The notes beneath the pieces were generated by a model. It did no database searches and was not told the origin of the DNA. It was given only the letters and a program-made list of their open reading frames with translations. A program made the position numbers and the translations under genes. Shown here in pieces: positions 21,837 through 33,432 of a stretch of DNA of 64,000 nt (position 1 is its first letter; every line of letters starts with the position of its first letter). This DNA is from Bugula neritina (taxonomy: Eukaryota; Animalia; Bryozoa): positions 13,142,818 through 13,206,817 of the forward strand of contig OZ037772.1 in assembly GCA_964035545.1 (NCBI GenBank), read 5' to 3'.

Positions 21837-22115
21837 TGACGTTAGGCGTACGCTAAGTAGTTAGAATTCCATTGGACAATTTCGTGACTTAATTTTAGAA
21901 CAGCCAATTAGCACGTAGAGCTTACAAAACGCAAAATAACAAAGCGCCGTTGCTAGGATTGTATTGGATAACTTGATTTTCTTACAATAACGAGACGTTA
22001 CAATGAAACCGCTGCACCCTAACTAAACTTTTGCTTGGAATATTAGGCTATTAGATGACATCATCTTTCGTGCGTAATGCTCCCACGTAAATTATGCTAT
22101 AGCAAGGGAAAACCC
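21837..22115 (-). promoter_or_regulatory. Proximal promoter of the IER gene: CRE-like and CCAAT elements
   Basis: TGACGTTA 21837-21844; CCAAT/ATTGG at 21871, 21904 and 21963; TGACATCA ~22056; GGGAAAACCC ~22106. Confidence 0.45.
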
Positions 22116-22613
22116 TAGTGACCCAGTTTTTAGTCAACAACTTAGGTAATGGAATAGTACCGCGCTGTTGGTGTATAAATAGAAGCACTCTGAACTAGTT
22201 ATGTAACAAATCAACATAGCACTATGGCGCAATGCCTCGCAGTAAACAAAGTGAAACAAAGTTGAAACAACATCACATCAAATACCAACAATATTAAATT
22301 CAGTTGGTAAATGAAGTTAAGACAGCTGTGTGTAAATATGCAAATATGCAACTTCTAGTGGTATTCAAATCTTTGCCGTAGCTTGAAAGATAATTATATA
22401 GATGTAGGAGAGGATATTGGAACGGGAACTGTGGGGTGTGTCACATGACCATGACCATGTGGGGTGTGTCACATGACCATGTCATGTGACACACCTATGC
22501 TTCAAGGAAGTTTAGCATTTGGCAGGAAGCCAGCTGTGTGATAAGCTTATGCAGGTGCTGCATGTGGGTGACTTGAAGTGGCAACAGGAAAACTTGACAA
22601 GTTGATAACAGGG

Positions 22614-22723
<110 letters not shown>

Positions 22724-22727
22724 CAAT

Positions 22728-22772
22728 CTGTGGACAGCAGCTGTTTCGGGGTTTGTTCCCTCATCAGCACAG
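22728..22772 (-). ncRNA. Minimal type I hammerhead ribozyme (Penelope-like/retrozyme type)
   Basis: Minus strand reads CUGUG-CUGAUGA-GGG AACAAAC CCC-GAA-ACAG CUG CUGU-C-CACAG: stem I CUGUG/CACAG, intact CUGAUGA and GAAA core, stem II GGG/CCC, stem III ACAG/CUGU, GUC cleavage triplet. Confidence 0.85.
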
Positions 22773-22789
22773 AACAGAGTACCATGGCC

Positions 22790-22850
22790 CACTCAGCAAT
22801 ACTTAATTTCCATCAGTTCCCTTTTTTACTTTCTTGGTGTTTCGTATATA

Positions 22851-22906
<56 letters not shown>

Positions 22907-22939
22907 ATATATAGACATATATATATATATATATACATG

Positions 22940-22986
<47 letters not shown>

Positions 22987-23000
22987 ATATATGTATATAT

Positions 23001-23056
<56 letters not shown>

Positions 23057-23117
23057 TATATACGAAACACCAAGAAAGTAAAAAAGGGAACTGATGGAAA
23101 TTAAGTATTGCTGAGTG
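22790..23117. repeat. Perfect inverted repeat (~65-bp unique arms) around a (TA)n spacer
   Basis: CACTCAGCAATACTTAATTTCCATCAGTTCCCTTTTTTACTTTCTTGGTGTTTCGTATATAATTTA from 22790, with its exact reverse complement ending at 23117. A pure (TA)n tract at 22619-22720 lies on the other side of the ribozyme. Confidence 0.92.
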
Positions 23118-24030
23118 TGTCGAAAACCAGAATTACCATGATTGTAAATATTTACATAATATACAATGGAAGGATCTTCAGTCCCTAACACGTAATTGGC
23201 TGTTGGCAAATTACTGTGCAATAAGTGTCACACTTGCTGGGATTTCCCACCACTTGGTAAATATATTGCGTAATGCAACAGAAAATGTATTGCGTTCACC
23301 TGCATGAAATCAAACTGTGGAAAGTAACGGAGCTGTGCAAATGTTGGAAAATCCCAACTGGGGTTTTTCCTTACCTAATCAAACAAACATCATTTTATTT
23401 TCTTTCTCTCAAATAACTATGCTTGTTGGCTGAATTGAGCCACTTTGAAAAGAAATAAACTGGTTTGCAAGATAGCTATTATGAGTTAGTTACATGTATA
23501 CTCTACACAAACTGCCTGTCATCCAGTGTCATAGTTTCATGACAGTTTCTAGCAGGTGTCAGCACATGAATGTAGACTTACTTCTACACAATGCTATTTG
23601 CGTTGTACAGGAAGTGGAACAAGCATATCACTTGCCTCATTCTGTATTTTATTATTATTTGTCTTACATAATAATTCAATTATAAGCATTCAACATATAT
23701 TCAAGTTTAAAATTTTCAGTTGCTATCAACTTCAAACATGATCCAACATCATCGTGTATGAAAGTCTGGGAAACCCACTACTTAAAGCAGGGAAAAACTT
23801 TATTAATAATTTACCCAAATATCAACATAGAAAAATCATTTCCCAGTAACTAGAAGGAAGTTCATAATGTTTCCCCCAGTAGCTAACGAGAAGGTAGTCA
23901 GTGTTTCCCCCAGTAGCTAGCGAGAAGGCAGCCAGTGTTTCCCCCAGTAGCTAGCGAGAAGGCAGTCAGTGTTTCCCCCAGGAGCTGGCGAGAAGGGAGT
24001 CAGTGTAGTGAACATCTGGTGGCAGACAGA

Positions 24031-26484
24031 CTAGCTGTCATAGGTTGGCAGCCCAGCAGCTAGGAAAGTCATGTGTTGAGAGGAAATGCACTGCAGACAG
24101 TTGCCATGGTTACCGAGATGCAGATCTGCAGCAGAGTTCAAAGGGAGGTCAGCAGAAACTGGGAGGAAGAGAGGAGGCCATGATGGAACTGGAGGTGGCA
24201 TGTTTTGGGGGAAGACAACTTGTTCCATGGAGTTCTCATCTGTAATATATATACCTGTAATACAGTAATATAACCTCACTATCTGTAATATATATACATG
24301 TAATACAGTAATATAACCTCACTATCTGTAATATATATACCTGTGATACAGTAATATAACCTCACTGCTGTAATATATATACATGTGATACAGTAATATA
24401 ACCTCACTATCTGTAATATATATTATACCTATGATACAGTAATATAACCTCACTATCTGTAATATATATACATGTAATACAGTAATATAACCTCACTATC
24501 TGTAATATATATACATGTGATACAGTAATATAACCTCACTGCTGTAATATATATACATGTGATACAGTAATATAACCTCACTGCTGTAATATATATACAT
24601 GTGATGCAGTAATATAACCTCGCTATCTAATGACCTAGGAGAAACACTTACAGCTACCGCCCTCGCTGTCACTCAGTCTGTCCTTGGATGACCTCTTTTC
24701 TTTGGCTCTTCGGTTCTGAAACCAGACCTGTACCTGTAATAATAGTAGTATTGGAAGTTGTCTGTCCATCAGGTGGTGGGTATATTCTATATATAATATT
24801 ATATTATATAACATAATATAATAAAATATAATGATTTCTTATTGAATTGCTCACCACTCTTTTGTCTAGCCCAGTTTCCTTACTGATCTGTTCACGAACA
24901 TGTCGGGCCGGCTTGCTAGTCTCTTCAAAAGCTTTCTTCAGAATATCCAGCTGAGCTTGGGCTATACTGGTGCGAGGTCTCTTGCAGCTGCTATCTGCAG
25001 TCCACCAGCATCACAACTTACAGCCAATCAGATTACAGTATAACCAACCAGCTTACAGTATAACCAATCAGCTTACAGTATAACCAATCAGCTTACAGTA
25101 TAACCAATCAGCTTACAGTATAACCAATCAGCTTACAGTATAACCAATCAGCTTACAGTATAACCAATCAGCTTACAGTATAACCAATCAGCTTACAGTA
25201 TAACCAATCAGCTTACAGTATAACCAATCAGCTTACAGTATAACCAATCAGCTTACAGTATAACCAATCAGCTTACAGTATACAGCCAATCAGCTCACAG
25301 TATAACCAATCAACTTACGTGTAAAGGAAGCCTTGCCAGAAGCTGTCTCAAAGTCCACTTTGCACATGAGTGCGGAGGAGTCTCGCAGGGCGTAGTAGCT
25401 GTCCCCGTCCTTCAGCTGCACGTGACACACGTCGCAGTAGAAGCAGCGTCTGTGGTACACGCCTCTCATCGACTTGTGAATCAACTCCATCTCACTGATC
25501 TCTAGCTTACATCTGGCGCAGTATGTCACCGTGTCCTTACTAGTAGCATAAGTATTGTATGGTAACGTGTCCTTACTAGTAGCATAAGTATTGTATGGTA
25601 ACGTGTCTTTACTAGTAGCATAAGTATTGTATGGTAACGTGTCCTTACTAGTAGCATAAGTATTGTATGGTAACGTGTCTTGACTAGTAGCATAAGTATT
25701 GTATGGTAGCGTGTCCTTACTAGTAGCATAAGTATTGTATGGTAACGTGTCTTGACTAGTAGCATAAGTATTGTATGGTGGCATATGAAGAGCTAATAGC
25801 ATGACTAGTATAAACACTATAACATGGCAATATGGCAACAGCATTGTATGGTAACACTTTGAGTACGTACACTTCCTTCCAGTGCTGGTGGCAGTAGAAA
25901 TTTCCAGAATGATAATAGCATGTGACCGAGAGGATAACTCCGCAGGCAGAGCACCTGAGACACCTGCTGTGCCATGTCTGGCCAACTAAGTACATGATGT
26001 ACTCATCCAGTATAGGGCTTTGACAGCCGTAGCAGGTGGTCTTTCTCACCCTCTCCGCCTCCTCCCAGCAATTGGCAGCAGCTAGACAATTATACACTAT
26101 AATATAATACACAATAATATAATACACAATGACATAATACACTACAATATATAACACAATAATATAATACACAATAATATAATACACAATAATATAATAC
26201 ACAATAATATAATACACAATAATATAATACACAATAATATAATACACAATAATATAATACACAATAATATAATACACAATAATATAATACACAATAATAT
26301 AGTACACAACATCATATTTGTAGTCTGGGAGAGATGTTTGAGGCGGGTTTGGTAGACCCCCACCTGGTTGGTTGTTCTCGGGCTCACAGTCTACAGATAC
26401 CTTCTTCAGTGATAAGTTAATAGCTGAGGGGGCAAGGCTAGACAGTGCGGGAGTGAGTGGAGAGTCACAGGAACGTTCACTCAT
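24031..26484 (-). CDS. Lhx3/4: LIM-homeodomain transcription factor, Lhx3/4-like (divergent)
   Basis: Exons (minus) 26484-26364, 26081-25871 (LIM1: CYGCQSPILDEY...WHSRCLRCSAC...FYCHQH), 25539-25319 (LIM2: CARC...YHRRCFYCDVC...LMCKVDF), 24994-24855 (KRPRTSIAQAQLDILKKAFEETSKPARHVREQISKETGLDKRV), 24733-24652 (VQVWFQNRRAKEKR), 24239-24031. KPARHVRE and AKEKR point to Lhx3/4. Probable non-coding exon with donor near 26882. Confidence 0.85.
25022..25315 (+). repeat. 20-bp minisatellite (TAACCAATCAGCTTACAGTA)n in an Lhx intron
   Basis: Directly visible, about 14 copies. Confidence 0.9.
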
Positions 26485-27699
26485 CTTAGCTCAGCTCTGA
26501 GGCTACACAAAACACTTGTATTATATTACTGTATTACTTGTATTATATTACTGTATTACTTGTATTATATTACTGTATTACTTGTATTATATTACTGTAT
26601 TACTTGTATTATATTACTGTATTACTTGTATTATATTACTGTATTACTTGTATTATATTACTGTATTACTTGCATTATATTACTGTATAGATTGTTTTAT
26701 ATTACTGTATTACTTGTATTATATTACTTAGAGCATAATTTATTATTATCATATTATATACAGTATATATACATTTTATAATATTATAAAGAATATATTA
26801 TACAATATAGAGAATATATTATAGAATAGAGATGATTATATTATATACATTATACAATAGAAAAGAGAATATATACACTTACACGAGTCCTTCGAGTAGA
26901 ATGACACTGCAAGCTGTACGCAAAGTGGACAAAGACTGAGGTCCTAGAGTCATCACTAGTGGGAGGGTTGGACTACACACCGCAAGGTTAAGTGTGAGAG
27001 ACTAAGGCACTGCTGCTCTCCTATGGAGAGAGTTGATGAGATTGAGAGACATGAAAAGGATGTTAAGGCGATACAGTTGACTCAGGGGTGGATAGTATGA
27101 GGGGGCGATGACAAGAAATGTCGAATGTTTGTAGTGAATGCAGTGTATTTGCTTAGAAATGCATAGCTTTCATAAACAAGTGCACTAGATGATTATTATA
27201 GCCAAAGAAGGAGAGAGTCAAGTAGATGATTCAACCAGCTGTCTATTAGCTTACAGCCATGTCATAACCCCCTTTCTACTCAGCAACTGACTGGATCCAC
27301 TCAATAAAAAAGTGCCGTGTCTGCTGAGCCTCTCTCTCACAGAACATTGGCTTAAAACACCTAGAACTGTCAGCTTACGCGACGTCACGCAGTTGTTATG
27401 TAACAGTGTTGGAGAATATCAACTTCGCAATTAGTCTAATTAAATTTTATAGACTGAGAGACAAAAACTAACAGTAGGGGAGAATCCATGGAGCCTTTGA
27501 CAATCAATAATTTCAGCTTGTGTAAAGCATCTTCTGAATCTACTCTGAAATAAAATATAAAATAAACTTTCTCTGTGGGAAGCATATGGGAAGACAAAGG
27601 ATTAAAGGATGGAATTTTAATAATGTGAGAGTTTACAACATAACACAGTGTATACTGTATACTATACAGCATATACTATATAATACTACATAACACAGA

Positions 27700-28420
27700 G
27701 TATCCTACAGTGTATACTACAGTGTGTACTACAGCGTGTACTATTGTATACTACAGTGTATACTACAGTGTATCCTACAGTATATACTACAGTGTGTACT
27801 ACAGCGTGTACCACAGTGTGTACTACAGTGTACACTACAGTGTGTACTACAGTGTATACTATAGTGTATCCTACAGTGTATATTAGAGCGTATCCTACAG
27901 TGTATACTACAGTGTATACTAGAGTGTATACTACAGCGTGTACCACAGTGTATACTACAGTGTATATTAGAGCGTATACTAGCGTGTATACTACAGTGTA
28001 CACTACAGTGTATACTACAGTGTATACTACAGTGTATCCTACAGTATATACTACAGTGTGTACTACAGCGTGTACCAGTGTGTACTACAGTGTACACTAC
28101 AGTGTGTACTATAGTGTATCCTACAGTGTATATTAGAGCGTATCCTACAGTGTATACTACAGTGTATACTAGAGTGTATATTAGAGCGTATACTAGCGTG
28201 TATACTACAGTGTATACTAGTGTATACTACAGTGTATACTAGCGTGTATACTACAGTGTGTACTACAGTGTACACTACAGTGTATACTACAGTGTATACT
28301 ACAGTGTATACTAGAGTGTATACTAGAGTGTATACTAGAGTGTATACTACAGTGTATACTACAGTGTATACTACAGTGTATACTACAGTGTATACTACAG
28401 TGTATACTACAGTGTATATT
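27700..28420 (+). repeat. 12-bp-based repeat (CTACAGTGTATA)n
   Basis: Directly visible; produces the VYTT/TVVY ORFs. Confidence 0.9.
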
Positions 28421-29016
28421 AGAGTTATGTTGCTGGTGAGACTCTAGACATACTTGCTGGACAAGGAATCAATAGAGTTGAGTAAATGAAAAGAGAGACC
28501 ATTAGCTAATGGACAGAGCTGCATAGCGTAGTATTATAGAGCATATATATACTACGGTGTATACTATACAATACTACATAACACGGTGTATACTATACAA
28601 TACTACATAACAGTGTATACTTAGTAGTTATATTTACTTGTCAAATAATAGAAGTTTTAGGTTAAGCTGTCTCAGCTAGTGTATTGTAAATCAAGGCAAT
28701 GCTCACAATAAATAATCAAAATATAAAATTAATAAGAAAACACATTTCCAATGAGTGGAAGACAACTCTGATTCAGAGAGCAGCAGCAAGTATTCTGTAC
28801 ACAAAATGAGTTATCTGCCCTCGGAACTGGCTTGTGTATAGACTGGAGAGACGGACCGCAGCGAATACTACCGGAGCTGTGATCGAATGAGTTATACAAA
28901 CTGTTCTCATAAAATGACTAGATTGAGGAAGAGTTATCTACGGCACATTTGATTGGCTAAAGTGTCAGCTAGCTAAGCCCCTTCCTGTTCCCTGCTTCCT
29001 GTTCCCTGCTTCCTGT

Positions 29017-32000
29017 TCAGTGCTTGCTGTTCAGTGCTTGCTGTTTGCGTCTCTCCTTCTCAGCGACTGCCTTCTCGTGCTCTCTCTTCAGCTGGTAGGT
29101 TTGGTCATCTAACAGCTGCAACACTGTAAGCTTCAGCTCCTGAAACAGGATGTTGTAGGTGGCTATGAGGTGCTGCTCCGAGTCAGGTACTTCCTGTGGG
29201 TAGAATCTCAGGTCCAGGCATCTGCAGACAGCAACACCTGCTTACATTGGTACAGCCAATCAGCTAGAGTCTTACATACACCATTGATAGAGATGTAATG
29301 CACTGACCTGTCAATGAGGTCGTAGAAACCGCCGACCTGTGACCGGTTAGCCACACCCTCAACCACCTGCTTTTCCAGTTTACTGATGAGTTGGCAGATC
29401 TGTACAAGACCTGACAGGTGAGTCAGAGCTGACACTTGACAAGTACCTGTCTCAGTGTGACACTTGCCCCGACATGAATAAAACCTGCATGTAAAAATAT
29501 AGGTCCGTACTAGAGAGGGGTAGTATTTATAGATACATAACTATATATGTATATATATACTAGAGAGGGGTAGTATCTATAAATACATAACTATATATGT
29601 ATATATATACTAGAGAGGGGTAGTATCTATAGATACATAACTATATATGTATATATATACTAGAGAGGGGTAGTATCTATAGATACATAACTATATATGT
29701 ATATATATACTAGAGAGGGGTAGTATCTATAGATACATACTCACCTACAGTCTTTATCTGATTTACAGTGCAGAGTTGAGAAGATTGATTGTAGTTGGGA
29801 CTGACTGGTGAGAAAGTTGCTAATGTCTAGTATTTTGATGTCACATGGGTGACTCAGCTTATATATGGCTGATTTACTCTGACTCATACAGTTCTTATGT
29901 AGTAGTATCTGACTGTAGTTCATGTTACACATGAAGAAGACCCCCTCATACTGCTGCTCCGTCACTGTCTCCTCTATGTCCACCAGGTGGGCCAATATCT
30001 GCAACACAACCACACCAGACCTCACCACACAGCAGGAAGTGATGTCACACACCTCACCACACAGCAGGAAGTGATGTCACACACCTCACAACGCAGCAGG
30101 AAGTGATGTCACACACCTCACAACACAGCAGGAAGTGATGTCACACACCTCGTTTAGATGGAAGTGGTTAATACTTTTGGCAGAGAGAGAAAGCATAGTG
30201 GGCGGAGTTATGACATCACTGAGAAGAGTCGTGTGATTGGCTAGATTGAGTACTTGATAGAGACCCGAACACGTGTTCTCTAGAGACACGGCTGGTATGG
30301 ACTCGGTGGCCGTAGAGGGCGCTTCGTTAGACCTCTCACCACTTCCTGTGAAGAAACAAAAAGCACTGCAGTCATGGGGGAATAATTGGGGTAATACCAT
30401 TAGCCTGAGGGAGTGCTTAGGGGAATACCAACCAAAGAATAAATAGGATAAGACGAATCTCCGGTTGGACATTAGGTTCAACATGGACTCTGTGTATTCA
30501 GCAGAGATCGGCTCTACAACCGGATGAGGAAGACTGTTGAGTATCGCGTCATGTGACCCTGCAAACAGGAAGTTCTGGTTACTATGGCAACCAACAAATA
30601 TTAAGGTATATAATCAACTAACTAATATTAAGATATATAATCAACTAACTAATATTAAGGTATATAATCAACTAACTAATATTAAGATATATAATCAACT
30701 AACTAATATTAAGGTATATAATCAACTAACCAATATTAAGGTATATAATCAACTAACTAATATTAAGGTATATAATCAACTAACTAATATTAAGGTATAT
30801 AATCAACTAACTAATATTAAGGTATATAATCAACTAACTAATATTAAGGTATATAATCAACTAACCAATATTAAGGTATATAATCAACTAACCAATATTA
30901 AGGTATATAATCAACTAACCAATATTAAGGTATATAATCAACTAACTAATATTAAGGTATATAATCAACTAACCAATATTAAGGTATATAATCAACTAAC
31001 CAATATTAAGGTATATAATCAACTAACCAATATTAAGGTATATAATCAACTAACTAATATTAAGGTATATAATCAACTAACTAATATTAAGGTATATAAT
31101 CAACTAACTAATATTAAGGTATATAATCAACTAACTAATATTAAGGTATATAATCAACTAACTAATATTAAGGTATATAATCAACTAACTAATATTAAGG
31201 TATATAATCAACTAACCAATATTAAGGTATATAATCAACTAACCAATATTAAGGTATATAATCAACTAACTAATATTAAGGTATATAATCAACTAACTAA
31301 TATTAAGGTATATAATCAACTAACTAATATTAAGGTATATAATCAACTAACCAATATTAAGGTATATAATCAACTAACTAGTATTAAGGTATATAATCAA
31401 CTAACCAATATTAAGGTAAGTATTTAGTTTGTCCCGTAACATAGCTCTGATTCTCTCCTTCGCTGCCTGCACCGTCTCTCCCAGCTGCTGCTTGTTGGCT
31501 GGGTTGGGGCTGTACCCGTTGAGTATGTGTTGAAAGAAGTCGTGGTTCATGGCAAACACAGGCCCACGGTTGGTGAGTAAAAACTAGAAAGGATACAGCA
31601 GTGCATATTCAGAGAGTTGTGTGTGTTGTTTAGGCTATTTAGAGTATAGTGGTAATAGTATAATGGTAATCTATAGAGCTACATCATTGGATGAAGTGAT
31701 ATGCTAGTATATTAGATATTCTACAGCAGCTTCTGTTACAAGGGTTATGGTGAACTGTCTACTCAGGTCAAATGCCTTCAATAATACTCATTCTAATTCT
31801 TATTGCCTACTGTTGATGCATTTGTGTGTCTAGCAGATATAACAGGTTTTTAACAGGTCCACTCTGAATTGTTCAACCAATCAAATTTTCTAGTTTTAGA
31901 GACTGTATAAATGTTCAAGGAAAGTTTGCTAATAGGTTTGAAGGGAGACAATAAGACAAGCTGCAGGAAGAGATAATACATACTACAGTGTTGTTGATAA

Positions 32001-33432
32001 CGTGAGAGTTAGACTTAGGACACGTGTAGAATTGTCTAGCCTGTTTCTCTTTGGGGTCTTCCGTACACAGCCACTCACACGCCCCGCCTCGTATGTTCTG
32101 AGTTTGTACAGCATGGCACTGAGTATACAGAGCATTATATTATATTACATTATATTACATTGTATTATATTGTATTATATTATATCATATTGTATTATAT
32201 TATACTATAATGTAATATATTATATTATATTACATTATATTATATTGTAATATATTATACTGCATCATGTTACTTACCAAATTAGTCATGAATTTAGAGC
32301 AGTGGCAGTCGTCCAGACTGGAGATGACCAGACTGACTAGAATCTGAAGTATGAAGATTAGCAGCATCGTAGCTAACACCTACAACATGTCATACCACAC
32401 CTACAACATGTCATACCACACCTACAACATGTTATACCACACCTACAACATGTCATACCACACCTACAACATGTCATACCACACCTACAACATGTTATAT
32501 TACACCTAAAACATGTCATACCACACCTACAACAAGTTATACCACACCTGCAACATGTTATACCACACCTGCAACATGTTATACCACACCTGCAACATGT
32601 TATACCACAGTAGGATATATCTCAGTATATAGTAGGATATATCTCAGTATATAGTAGGATATATCTCAGTATATAGTAGGATATATCTCAGTATATAGTA
32701 GGATATATCTCAGTATATAGTAGGATATATATCAGTATATAGTAGGATATATATCAGTATATAGTAGGATATATCTCAGTATATAGTAGGATATATATCA
32801 GTATATAGTAGGATATATCTCAGTATATAGTAGGATATATCTCAGTATATAGTAGGATATATATCAGTATATAGTAGGATATATCTCAGTATATAGTAGG
32901 ATATATCTCAGTATATAGTAGGATATCTCAGTATATAGTAGGATATATCTCAGTATATGGTAGGATATATATCAGTATATAGTAGGATATATCTCAGTAT
33001 ATAGTAGGATATATCTCAGTATATAGTAGGATATATCTCAGTATATAGTAGGATATATCTCACTATATAGTAGGATATATCTCACTATATAGTAGGATAT
33101 ATCTCACTATATAGTAGGATATATCTCAGGACAGGTTAGGAAAATAGCTAGAATTATAAATCTGAACAAATCATAATAGAAAGGTAACAATAGAAAAGCA
33201 AAATTAGCAAGGAAACAGTGTGAAGGTAATCATGAGAAGGTGTATTAATGGGAAAGTGTATTAATGAGCAACAATAAAGCAGAACAAGCAACTTAAAGCA
33301 TTACCTCGGGGCAAGGAATCTATCTAAAACAGTACAATATCGTGAAGTAGATGACAGGAGAGCAGCAGGAAGTCTTACCGTGAAAATGCAGTATCCATTG
33401 CAGTGTGTAGCATTGAGTCGCAACGTCCTCAT
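29017..33432 (-). CDS. Divergent protein kinase domain (DIPK1/FAM69-like) type II membrane protein
   Basis: Exons (minus) 33432-33379, 32379-32278 (TM: VLATMLLIFILQILVSLVI), 32118-31984 (CHAVQTQNIRGGACEWLC), 31583-31406, 30558-30149 (possibly with an in-frame ~87-nt intron), 29998-29745 (FFMCNMNYSQI...DIKILDISN...HCKSDKDC), 29484-29308 (FYSCRGKCHTETGTC...LVQIC), 29221-29017. Cys spacing and layout follow the FAM69 family. Confidence 0.72.
30597..31417 (+). repeat. 27-bp minisatellite (AATATTAAGGTATATAATCAACTAACY)n in a DIPK intron
   Basis: About 30 copies; the unit includes the minus-strand exon end and donor (ATTG|GTTAGT). Confidence 0.95.

Noticed and set aside
30537-31427. 296-aa plus-strand ORF (NQLTNIKVY)n
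   Set aside because: Translation of a 27-bp intronic minisatellite antisense to the DIPK-like gene.
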